A DNA stretch of 44,575 bases from Gemmatimonadota bacterium (GTDB lineage: Bacteria > Gemmatimonadota > Gemmatimonadetes > Palauibacterales > Palauibacteraceae), in the NCBI GenBank assembly GCA_046758745.1, contig JBHIAV010000021.1, positions 1 to 44,575 of the forward strand, read 5' to 3'. Shown in pieces: positions 28,244-37,143 of the stretch (positions are counted from its first letter, which is position 1; the number at the start of each line of letters is the position of its first letter). The notes under the pieces were generated by a model. The model did not search any database, was not told where the DNA came from, and saw only the letters and a list, made by a program, of their open reading frames with translations. The position numbers and the translations under genes were made by a program.

Positions 28244-29287
28244 GTGCAACCCCTTTCAGACGCATACGCAGGAGAGACCGCTCTGGTGACGGGCGGCGGC
28301 GGCGCGATCGGTTCGAATCTGTCGAAACGCCTCGCCGAGTTGGGCGCGCAGGTGATCATCCTCGACGATCTGTCCTCTTCGGAGCGGTGGAACGTCCCGT
28401 CGCTGGACGGGATCCTCTTCGTAAAGGGGGATGTCCTCGACGAGATCAAACTCAAACGGGTCTTCTTTGAGCGTCCGCAGTTCGTCTTCCACCTCGCCGC
28501 TTTCTTCGCGAACCAGAACTCCGTGGATCATCCGGAGCGGGACCTCAAGGTGAATGGACTTGGGACACTCCGGCTCCTTGAGTATTCCGCACTCAGCGGT
28601 GTGGGTTGCTTCGTGTACGCATCGTCCGGGTGCTCGATCTATGGAAGCCAGGCGCCGCTGCCGCTGCGGGAAGAATTCATCTCCATGCATCTCAGCACGC
28701 CTTACCAGATCACGAAGATGCTCGGCGAGTTGTACTGCAACTTCTTTCATCATCACTACGACCTTCGGATCGTCAAGCCTCGATTCTTCAATGTCTACGG
28801 CCCGGGTGAAGTGCCCGGCCAATACCGCAACGTGATCCCGAACTTCCTGTACTGGGCGATGAAGGGCCTGCCGCTACCCATCACCGGGGATGGGGAGGAG
28901 ACGCGGGACTTTACTTACGTCGGGGACATCGTGGAGGGCATGCTCCGGGCGGCCATTACCGACGACGCGATCGGCCGCGAGTTCAACCTCGCCTCGGGCG
29001 TAGAGACCAGAATCAGCGACGTCGCGAGAATGATCAATGAGGCCGTCGGGAACGAAGCCGGCGTACGCTTCGCACCGCGCCGGAAATGGGACGACAAGAG
29101 CCGCCTTCTGGCGTCCATCGACCTCGCGGGACAGCTGTTCGGCTACGAACCGCGTACCCCGTTCAAAGACGGCCTCCGGAAAACGATCCGCTGGTTCGAG
29201 ACGAACTGGGAAAGAATCGAGGCGTCGGCGAGGTTCGCGCCCGGTGCGTCGGCGGCGGTTCGGGACATGGTCACGCAGGCGACCTGA
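28244..29287 (+). CDS. NAD-dependent NDP-sugar epimerase/dehydratase
   Basis: TGGGGAIG, HLAA, PYQITK, RFFNVYGP, GDGEETRDFTYV. GTG 28244 follows an AGGAGG RBS. Confidence 0.9.
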   Translation: MQPLSDAYAGETALVTGGGGAIGSNLSKRLAELGAQVIILDDLSSSERWNVPSLDGILFVKGDVLDEIKLKRVFFERPQFVFHLAAFFANQNSVDHPERDLKVNGLGTLRLLEYSALSGVGCFVYASSGCSIYGSQAPLPLREEFISMHLSTPYQITKMLGELYCNFFHHHYDLRIVKPRFFNVYGPGEVPGQYRNVIPNFLYWAMKGLPLPITGDGEETRDFTYVGDIVEGMLRAAITDDAIGREFNLASGVETRISDVARMINEAVGNEAGVRFAPRRKWDDKSRLLASIDLAGQLFGYEPRTPFKDGLRKTIRWFETNWERIEASARFAPGASAAVRDMVTQAT

Positions 29288-29419
29288 AGGCGAGCAGCCG
29301 CTTAGGTGCCCGCATGCAGGCTCAGCGGTGCCCCGTGGTTCGTGAGAGTCGCCGACTCACCGCTTTCTGAGACAGATGCGCGTGGATACTCCCATCCCGC
29401 GACGGAGGCGGAGAGCCCG

Positions 29420-30706
29420 ATGAGCGTTCGTGCCGTGCGGGCCCCTGTCCGGGTCTGGTGCGTCTTCGGCACGCGGCCGGAGGTGGTGAAGATGGCGCCC
29501 GTCGTGTGGGCCCTGGAACGCCGCGCCGGCGGGGAGGCGCAGGGAATCGTTCCCGTGCAGGTTTTCGCGGGCCAACACCGGGAGCTGGCGACCGGGCTGA
29601 TGGGGGAGCTCGGGCTCCGGCCAAGCGTCACGCTCGATCTTATGAACGACGATCAGCAGCTCCGTGAGTACGGCGCACGGTGTCTCCAAGCCCTGGGCGA
29701 CCGGATGGCTCAGGAGCGCCCGGACCTCGTCCTGGTCCAGGGAGACACCAGTACCGTCCTCTTCGCCTCCCTGGCCGCGTATTTCCAGCGGGTTCCGGTG
29801 GGGCATGTGGAAGCGGGCTTGAGGAGCTTCGACCCGTATGCGCCCTTCCCGGAGGAGATGATGCGCCGGCTGACCGATCGGGTGGCGGCGTTCCACTTCG
29901 CCCCCACGGTCGGGGCGGCGGAGAACCTCCTCCGGGAAGGAAGCGACCCGGGCGGGATCCACGTTACGGGGAACCCCGTTGTCGACGCGGTCCAGGCCGT
30001 TGCTGCGGAGGCGAGGGAGCGGGCGAGTCCGGAAATCCGCCGGTGGGCGGCCGTCGAGGGTCCTTTCGTCGTGGTGACCCTTCACCGCCGTGAGAGCTTC
30101 GGGGGCGGGCTCCGGAGGGTGGCGGAAGCGATTCGGAGCTACGCGGAGGAAAGCCCGACAGTTCGCTTCATCTACCCTGTCCACCCTAACCCTGCCGTTC
30201 GGCGGGAGGTGGAGCCGGTGCTGGCCGGTCTCGACCGGGTCAAGCTGATTCCCCCGGTTTCCTACCTGGACATGGTGCACCTGCTGGACCGCTGCCGGAC
30301 CGTGCTCACCGACTCGGGGGGGATCCAGGAGGAAGCTCCGGCTCTGGGGAAGCGGGTCCTGGTGGCCCGGGACGTTACCGAGCGCCCGGAGGGTGTGGAG
30401 GCTGGCTGGGCGAGCCTCGTGGGGACCGATCCCGACCGGATCGTCTGCGCCCTGCGGCACGCGGTGGAACATACCCAGGCGGACGGATTTGCACCGGGGC
30501 GCGAGGATCACGGGCCCGTTGCCGAGGGAGCCAAGCACGGACGCGATCTCCCATACGGTGACGGGCGGGCGGGCGAGCGGATCGCGGACATCGTGACGAG
30601 TTGCCTCCTCGGATACCCTCGGACCATGGCTGACTGGCGAGACGCCCCGTCGGCTCCAAACCGATGGTACTTCTCTATTGGTTCGTCGCGGTCCCGCAGG
30701 CCATGA
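29420..30706 (+). CDS. wecB: UDP-N-acetylglucosamine 2-epimerase, non-hydrolysing
   Basis: FGTRPE..KMAPV, GQH, VQGDT, HVEAGLRS, FPEE, TLHRRES, TDSGGIQEEA, TERPEG, YGDG.A. Confidence 0.92.
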   Translation: MSVRAVRAPVRVWCVFGTRPEVVKMAPVVWALERRAGGEAQGIVPVQVFAGQHRELATGLMGELGLRPSVTLDLMNDDQQLREYGARCLQALGDRMAQERPDLVLVQGDTSTVLFASLAAYFQRVPVGHVEAGLRSFDPYAPFPEEMMRRLTDRVAAFHFAPTVGAAENLLREGSDPGGIHVTGNPVVDAVQAVAAEARERASPEIRRWAAVEGPFVVVTLHRRESFGGGLRRVAEAIRSYAEESPTVRFIYPVHPNPAVRREVEPVLAGLDRVKLIPPVSYLDMVHLLDRCRTVLTDSGGIQEEAPALGKRVLVARDVTERPEGVEAGWASLVGTDPDRIVCALRHAVEHTQADGFAPGREDHGPVAEGAKHGRDLPYGDGRAGERIADIVTSCLLGYPRTMADWRDAPSAPNRWYFSIGSSRSRRP

Positions 30707-30808
30707 CGATTTGTCCATCAGTTTCGCGGGCAACCCAGATGCGAGGAGGCCGACCGGACATGATCGAGAGTTGACCGGCCCGGCATCGTGACAAGGAGTG
30801 GCTGGTGG

Positions 30809-31249
30809 CTACGAGGGAAGCGTCACGATGCTGAGCCAGAAGTTTTCAATACCTTGCACGGCCTCGAGGAACTTCTCCACGTCGACCGGCTTGGTGACGA
30901 AACAGTTCGCGTTGAGGTTGTAGCTCCGGAGGACGTCCTCATCGGCCTGTGAGGTCGTCAAGACAACAACGGGAATCCGTCTAAGCTTCTCATCGGCCTT
31001 GAGCTCGGCGAGCACTTCCCGTCCGTCTTTCCTCGGCAGGTTCAGATCGAGGAGGATGAGATCTGGACGCGGCGCATCCGAATACTCCCCCTGGCGACGC
31101 ACGAAAGCGAGCGCCTTAACGCCGTCCTCGACGACGTGTAGCCTGTTGACCAATCTGTTACTGAGAGCTTCACGCGTGAGGTCAACGTCGCCGGGATTGT
31201 CCTCCACCAGCAAGATCTCGGCCGCTCTGCCGAAGTTTCCCGTGTCCAT
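30809..31249 (-). CDS. Single-domain response regulator (Rcp1-like)
   Basis: [38 protein letters not shown]. Confidence 0.93.
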   Translation of the reverse strand: MDTGNFGRAAEILLVEDNPGDVDLTREALSNRLVNRLHVVEDGVKALAFVRRQGEYSDAPRPDLILLDLNLPRKDGREVLAELKADEKLRRIPVVVLTTSQADEDVLRSYNLNANCFVTKPVDVEKFLEAVQGIENFWLSIVTLPS

Positions 31250-31261
31250 GTTCTCAATCTC

Positions 31262-32794
31262 CTATTTGCCGGGGATGGTGAAGTAGAACGTCGAGCCTTT
31301 TCCGGGCACCGATTCCACCCAGATTCTTCCCCCGTGCCGCTCGACGATCCTCTTGCAGATCGACAGCCCAATTCCGGTGCCCGTGTACTCACCCCTCCCA
31401 TGCAGTCGCTGGAAGATCGCGAAGATACGATCGGCGTATTCCGGCTCCACGCCGATGCCGTTGTCGGCCACGGCGAGCAGATGCTCACCGTCTCTACGCT
31501 CCGCCCTCACGTGGACTTCCGGCTGCGTGCCGTCGCCAGAGCTGAACTTGATCGCGTTCCCGATCAGGTTCTGGAACAGCTGCACCATCTGGGTCGCGTC
31601 GGCCATCACCGTCGGCAAGGGATCCCGCGTTACGGCTACGTCGTTTTCCTTGATGGTAATCTCCAGGTTGGTCAGTGCTTGGTCGAGTACGACCTCGAGG
31701 TCGACCGGCTCGAACTCCTTGCCCCTCGACTGCACACGCGAGTAGGCCAATAGATCGTCGATCAGCTGCTGCATATGAGTCGCCCCGTCGACCGCATACG
31801 CAATGAACTTGTCCGCGTCGGAATCGAGCTTCCCCCGGTAGCGCTCGGCCAGCAGCTTGGTGTAGCTTGCCACCATGCGGAGCGGCTCCCGCAGGTCGTG
31901 CGAGGCCACATAGGCGAACTGTTGCAGGTCAGCGTTGGAATGCTCGAGCTCCTCCGCGTATCGGGCCATTCTCGCTTCCGTCCGCTTCCGCTCGGTGATG
32001 TCGCGAATGCTGCTCGACACCAGGAGTCCCTCCTCCTCCGGGAGAGGGCTCAGACTGATCTCGACCGGGAACTCGCTCTCATCCTTGCGCAACCCGTACA
32101 GCTCGAGGCCTACACCCATGCCCCTGAGGCAGGGCCGAGAGAAGTACGCGGTTCGGTGTTGCAGGTGCCCATGCCGGAAGCGCTCGGGTAGCAAGATCTC
32201 TACGGCTTGGCCCAGTAACTCCTTGCGCGTGTAGCCGAACAGCGTCTCCGTCTGCCTGTTGGCGAGGACGACTCTCCCCTCCTCGTCAACAATGACGATG
32301 GCGTCAGGCGCGAACTCCACTATGCTTCGGAATCTCTCCTCAGCCTGCTTGCGCTCGGCGACCTCGCTCTCCAACTGGTGGCTTGCCCGCTCCAGTTCCC
32401 TCGCGCGACGCCGCGCCATGTGAGCGAAGCGGACCGCGAGCGCCACCAGGAGAGCCATCAGTAGCCCCACGCCTAAGGCCACTCCAGGGAGAGCGGTTCG
32501 CAGGCCGGCCAGGAGCTCCGTCCTCGGCCAGACCCGAACACGCCACGTTGTCTGGTCCAGAGCTGCTTCGTTTCCCTCGAGCGGCACGATCCAGCGCGCG
32601 TGAAAAGACGGATCCACCCACTCAATGGTGTGGAAAGCGGGCTGGTGATCGAAATAATCTGTCGCGTCGGACTCCCACGTCTCCGTCCACTCTATCTGGG
32701 CACGCTCTTGTGCGATCAGCACCTCCCAAAGGAGTACGCCGATCGTTGCGACGCTGGCGCCTAGCGCAATTGGGAGCCATCGGTGCCCACCCAC
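31262..32794 (-). CDS. PAS sensor histidine kinase with two TM segments and a shortened CHASE-like periplasmic region
   Basis: H-box FAYVASHDLREPLR, N-box QNLIGNAIKF, DNGIG, GTGIGL, PAS domain. Confidence 0.92.
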   Translation of the reverse strand: MGGHRWLPIALGASVATIGVLLWEVLIAQERAQIEWTETWESDATDYFDHQPAFHTIEWVDPSFHARWIVPLEGNEAALDQTTWRVRVWPRTELLAGLRTALPGVALGVGLLMALLVALAVRFAHMARRRARELERASHQLESEVAERKQAEERFRSIVEFAPDAIVIVDEEGRVVLANRQTETLFGYTRKELLGQAVEILLPERFRHGHLQHRTAYFSRPCLRGMGVGLELYGLRKDESEFPVEISLSPLPEEEGLLVSSSIRDITERKRTEARMARYAEELEHSNADLQQFAYVASHDLREPLRMVASYTKLLAERYRGKLDSDADKFIAYAVDGATHMQQLIDDLLAYSRVQSRGKEFEPVDLEVVLDQALTNLEITIKENDVAVTRDPLPTVMADATQMVQLFQNLIGNAIKFSSGDGTQPEVHVRAERRDGEHLLAVADNGIGVEPEYADRIFAIFQRLHGRGEYTGTGIGLSICKRIVERHGGRIWVESVPGKGSTFYFTIPGK

Positions 32795-32883
32795 CTCTTA
32801 TGCCCTCCACTGGATAGGTTAAAACCCTTTCGACAAATTTTAGGGGTTTTGTTCTCGAGAAGCTGCTCAAACTCCGAGGCAAA

Positions 32884-34242
32884 CTATAGGAACTCGCCGC
32901 GCTCAGTGGCTTCCCTTAGCTCGTTCTCACGATGTAGTCGTTCCGTCGCCGACGCATCTACCGTCGGATCAAAGACGTGATATGCGGATCCGTCTCTCCT
33001 CTTTGCCCGGTACATCGCGACATCACTGTGTCGCAACAGGTCCTCCGGCCGCTGAACCACGACGGAACTGATGGCGATCCCGATGCTCGCGGTCACATTT
33101 ACCGGTATAGTCATCACTTCGAACGGAGCCTCGAACGCATCGATCAGACGGTCCGCGGCCGATCGCGCCTCGCTGATGTCGTCCACGGCCTCCAGCAGAA
33201 CCGCGAACTCATCGCCTCCAAGCCTCGCGATCGTGTCCTCTTCCCGAAAGCACGTTTCGATGCGCTGAGCCACCATCTGAAGCAACTCGTCGCCTGCCAG
33301 GTGACCTAGCGTGTCGTTGATCACCTTGAAGCGGTCCAGGTCGAGGAACAGGAGAGCGACGCAGGTCTCGTCGCGGGCGCTCCGCTTAAGAGCGTGATCC
33401 AGCCGGTTTCCGAAGAGAGCCCGGTTGGGAAGTCGGGTCAGCGAATCATAGAGTGCCAATCGCTCCAAGCGGCGCTCGAGATTCTTACGATCCGTGACGT
33501 CCATCACCATCGCCAGCACTCCCGCGAATCTCCCCTGATCGTCGAGGAGCCGGCTGATCGACATGGAAGCCCAGAGATACGTACCGTCCTTGCGCTGCAG
33601 CTTCACCTCATGCTTGTCCTTCATCCCCTTTCCTGGGCATTCGAGGTCGCGGGCGCTCATCACCCGTCCTGCCTCACCCATGCCCTCGAAAACAGCTCGG
33701 CCCACCAGCTCGTCAGCCGCATACCCGAGCATCTCCGCCATGCGCTGGTTCACGTAGGTCGTCCGGTTCTCTGCGTCGACGGTCCAGATTCCCTCCTGCG
33801 CCGTCTCGACGATCGTCCGATAGCGTTCCTCACTCTCCCGAAGCGCTTTGCCGGCTCGCTTCCGCTCGATGCTGTAACGAATCGATCGGACAAGCGTGGG
33901 ACCATCCGAAGCGCCTTTCACGACGTAGTCCTGCGCTCCCTCACGGAGCGCATCGTTGGCGAGCTCTTGATCCTCCACCCCGGTCAGCACAACGATTGGG
34001 GTTTCTCCGTCGGCGGAGAGGATCGCCCGGACCGTTTCAGGCCCAGCCGAATCCGGAAGGTTTAGATCGAGTAGAACCACGTCCACCCGGTTCTCTCTTA
34101 GGTGCTTCAGTCCGTCGTCGAGACGTTGGACCCAGTATATTTCAGTCGATAGGCTGTTCGCCGCGCGCAGAGCCTCCTGCACAAGGCCGGCATCGCCTGG
34201 ATTGTCTTCGATCAGCAGGATACGCAGGGCCTCTGTCCTCAC
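32884..34242 (-). CDS. REC-PAS-GGDEF diguanylate cyclase, truncated where an EAL domain would begin
   Basis: Receiver LLIEDN/LLDL, PAS, D.LT.LPNR, DLDRFK.IND..GH..GD, REED I-site, RLGGDEF. Start is GTG 34242 or 34293. Confidence 0.9.
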   Translation of the reverse strand: MRTEALRILLIEDNPGDAGLVQEALRAANSLSTEIYWVQRLDDGLKHLRENRVDVVLLDLNLPDSAGPETVRAILSADGETPIVVLTGVEDQELANDALREGAQDYVVKGASDGPTLVRSIRYSIERKRAGKALRESEERYRTIVETAQEGIWTVDAENRTTYVNQRMAEMLGYAADELVGRAVFEGMGEAGRVMSARDLECPGKGMKDKHEVKLQRKDGTYLWASMSISRLLDDQGRFAGVLAMVMDVTDRKNLERRLERLALYDSLTRLPNRALFGNRLDHALKRSARDETCVALLFLDLDRFKVINDTLGHLAGDELLQMVAQRIETCFREEDTIARLGGDEFAVLLEAVDDISEARSAADRLIDAFEAPFEVMTIPVNVTASIGIAISSVVVQRPEDLLRHSDVAMYRAKRRDGSAYHVFDPTVDASATERLHRENELREATERGEFL

Positions 34243-34572
34243 TCTATTCCCACTTCGGCGTGTAGAGGCCGAGAACATCCGCGCTCGGACCACGGTGTTC
34301 GGGAAGCTCCCGGAGCGAGAGCGCCAAACGGCGGCCGAGATCTCCTAACGTGCTCAGAGATATGCGCCCCGGGCTCGAACGCGAGCGCCGCGGGCCGACT
34401 CATCTGCCAACGGCACGGAAAGTCTGTTTCTCGCCACAAGCGACTGTTATTCCGCACACGTATCTTGTCGGAGAGGCGCAACGGGTTTGCGGCGGGATAC
34501 CAGCATGGAGAAGGGTGAGGAGGGAGGCATGAGGCACAGTCACAACACTGGCCATCTCAACACGTCTCACGT

Positions 34573-34602
34573 CGGGAGCGCCTGACCGGTGGCTCCCGTT
34601 TT
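34573..34602 (+). terminator. Intrinsic terminator-like hairpin
   Basis: CGGGAGC (34573-79) pairs with GCTCCCG (34592-98), followed by TTTT. Confidence 0.5.
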
Positions 34603-34787
34603 CATGTCGGCTGGGTCCCTCCGCAACTTGGACATAGGATTTGCCTACTTATTTCATTGGCGACAAGCTTTAAAATTTGACATCGGACATAGACGCTGAC
34701 GACAGCTCCACATCCGGACGCAGCTCTCACATCAGCTGGCCGGAATAAACCACGCGGGCCGTCGGAAAGATGGACCTCGAAGCTCTC

Positions 34788-36782
34788 CTACCAGCTGAGG
34801 TTCTCCAAAAGCAGCGCGTCCACCTCATCGCTGTGGAGCGGCTGTGTGAAAAGAAACCCCTGCCCGTAGGGACATCCGAGCTTCCTGACTTCGGACAGCT
34901 GCTCCTCCGTTTCGATCCCCTTGGCCGTCACGTCAAGCCGCAGCGTCTTCGCCATCTTTACCATCGCGTTCACGACCTTGGTCACCTCGGGACTCCTTCC
35001 GAGCTCCCTGATGAATGACTGGTCGATCTTGATGGCGTCGACAGGGAGGCGGGCCAGGTGATTGAGCGAGGAGTAGCCGGTACCGAAGTCATCGATCGCC
35101 AGCTTGACGTCCAACTCCTTCAGTTTGTGGATACCTGTAAGCGACTGCAGCAACAGGCTTTCAGTTACTTCAAGTTGAAGGCAACCATGCTGAAGACCCG
35201 TCTCCAGGAGGACCATGCTAACGGCTTCGTCAAACCCCGGATCGCGGAGTTCCTCTGCCGAAATGTTCACGCACACGCTGAGTGGCGGGCGGTCTGGAAA
35301 CCGCTCGTGCCAGCGGCGTCCCTGCCGGCAGCCCTCTTGGAGCACCCAGCGCCCGATTGGGAGAACCAGGCCTGACTCCTCGGCGATCGGGATGAACTCC
35401 ATAGGCAAGAGGAGCCCGAACTCCGGGTGCCTCCAGCGAACCAGGGCCTCGAAGCCCGCAATTGTCCCGGTGGCGAGCGCGATGATCGGCTGGAAGTCGA
35501 GCTCCAGCTCCCCTCTACCAACCGCCTCACGCAAGTCGTTTTCCAGCCGAAGCCGGTGCGACTCCAGGGAATCCACGCTCCGGTCGAACACGTGGTACCG
35601 ATTCAGCCCTTTTGCCTTCGCCCGGCGCGTCGCAATGCCCACGGCCCGTAACAAGACCTCGGGTTGGCTTCCCGTCTCACCGCTGAATGCGATGCCGACT
35701 CCGGCGGTAATGGACACTTCGTGGTCGTTCACGGTAAACGGTGCGTCAAGCGCTCGCCGGATCCGCTCGACCACACCCAAGGCATCGTCAACCTTGGAAA
35801 TTTCTCCAAGCACAATCGTGAACTCATCCGCACTGATACGCGCCACCATGCCTGCTGCCCGTGCGATCGTGTCCTCTCGCCGCAGACAACCGGTGATGCG
35901 ATGGGCTATCTCGACGAGTAGTTCGTCACCAGCTCCATACCCAAGGCTGTGATTGATGACGTTGAACCGGTCGACGTTCAGCAAGAGTACGGCTACTTCT
36001 TTCTGTCGCCGTCTGGCCAGCGCGAGCGCCTGCGTCAGCCGGTCGAGGAGAAGCGCGCGGTTCGGGAGGTCTGTCAGAGGGTCGTGGAAGGCCTCGTGAG
36101 TGAGCCGGGCTTGGAAGGCCTTGTAGTCCGTTATGTTCTTCGCAAGGAAGACGACGTGGTCGTCGCGACCGATCTTGATCGTACGTCCAGAGATAAGGAC
36201 GGTGTGGGTGGAGCCATCCTTCGCCTGAAACTGAGATTCGAAGTTCTCCACCGCCCCAGTCTCGCGCAGCGATGCCGCGAACTTGGCGGCGTCGCCGCGG
36301 TGGGCCCAAAGACCTACCTGGAGGGGCGATCTGCCCTCGAGTTCAGATTTCGAATACCCCAGTTGATCGATGAAATCTTCATTCAGCTCGACGAAGGCGC
36401 CATCGCTAAGCCGGATGATCGCCATAGGATCGGGGATTGTGGCAAACGCGGCGGCGAACTTCCTATCGCTCCGCACACGTCTCGCCCACTCTCCACGCAC
36501 GAGTACGTAGATCAAGACCAAGCTGATGAGAACGAAGATCCAGCCCTTGAATTGCTGAAAGACGGCGATCTGGTAGGGGCTAGTGGCCACTGCCTGGACG
36601 ACGCGATCAGAGAACAGGACCCAGAGGGTGCCAAACACGGCATAGGGGGCTAGGGTCCGGAAGGCGAACCGAACTTCTAACGGGGTGAGTCGGCTTGGCA
36701 GCGCCCATGGGGACGAGAGGTGCCGCACGGGGCGCCGGCCGATCAATCCCGTAGTTTCAGTAGCAGATCTAGTGAGGGCCAA
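34788..36782 (-). CDS. Membrane-anchored PAS-GGDEF-EAL protein with both catalytic sites degenerate
   Basis: Two TM segments and a PAS domain. SADEF replaces GGDEF. EAL and DDFGTG are present, but AKG replaces AEG. Confidence 0.88.
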   Translation of the reverse strand: MALTRSATETTGLIGRRPVRHLSSPWALPSRLTPLEVRFAFRTLAPYAVFGTLWVLFSDRVVQAVATSPYQIAVFQQFKGWIFVLISLVLIYVLVRGEWARRVRSDRKFAAAFATIPDPMAIIRLSDGAFVELNEDFIDQLGYSKSELEGRSPLQVGLWAHRGDAAKFAASLRETGAVENFESQFQAKDGSTHTVLISGRTIKIGRDDHVVFLAKNITDYKAFQARLTHEAFHDPLTDLPNRALLLDRLTQALALARRRQKEVAVLLLNVDRFNVINHSLGYGAGDELLVEIAHRITGCLRREDTIARAAGMVARISADEFTIVLGEISKVDDALGVVERIRRALDAPFTVNDHEVSITAGVGIAFSGETGSQPEVLLRAVGIATRRAKAKGLNRYHVFDRSVDSLESHRLRLENDLREAVGRGELELDFQPIIALATGTIAGFEALVRWRHPEFGLLLPMEFIPIAEESGLVLPIGRWVLQEGCRQGRRWHERFPDRPPLSVCVNISAEELRDPGFDEAVSMVLLETGLQHGCLQLEVTESLLLQSLTGIHKLKELDVKLAIDDFGTGYSSLNHLARLPVDAIKIDQSFIRELGRSPEVTKVVNAMVKMAKTLRLDVTAKGIETEEQLSEVRKLGCPYGQGFLFTQPLHSDEVDALLLENLSW

Positions 36783-37143
36783 GTTTGCTCCAGCCAGTTA
36801 GAGAAAGTGCCCCCACATGGCCCTACATATCAGAAGGTGAGCTGGGGAGGAAACCCTCTGTTGTTATTGCTATGTAAGGACGATCGAGGACCTCCAAATC
36901 TTGTCGCCCCAGGGAACCTGGCAGCCCACGCCATAGGGGAGAGGGGGGGTCGGTTTGTCTAAGGCCGCTTCCAAGACCACTCCGGTCATACTGCGGCCCC
37001 AACCGGCCATGCTGCGCGCCAAGTTATAGACTAGCGAACCCTAATAGCGGGCGGTATCGGTGGGAGCCGCATTGCCGCGTCGGTCTTCGACTTGCTGAGC
37101 TGTAGACAGCAGTCCTATGCCCAGCAAAGGCTTGCAGATAGGG

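Noticed and set aside
29420..30706. Calling this gene neuC, the ManNAc source for NeuB
   Set aside because: Its motifs (HVEAGLRS, FPEE, DSGGIQEEA) are those of non-hydrolysing WecB, which yields UDP-ManNAc rather than free ManNAc.
30809..32794. Phytochrome system, suggested by the Rcp1/Cph1-like receiver and kinase
   Set aside because: There is no GAF/PHY chromophore module. This kinase-receiver class is widespread.
32821..32850. AAAACCC...GGGTTTT inverted repeat as a terminator or IS end
   Set aside because: The stem is short and AT-rich, and there is no transposase or partner repeat.
34560..34660. Partial c-di-GMP-I riboswitch resemblance on the - strand (GGCAAATCC...GGGAC...AGCCACCGGTC) upstream of the cyclase
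   Set aside because: The GNRA-capped stem and GCAAAG junction are missing and the spacing is wrong. It would need a cmsearch hit.
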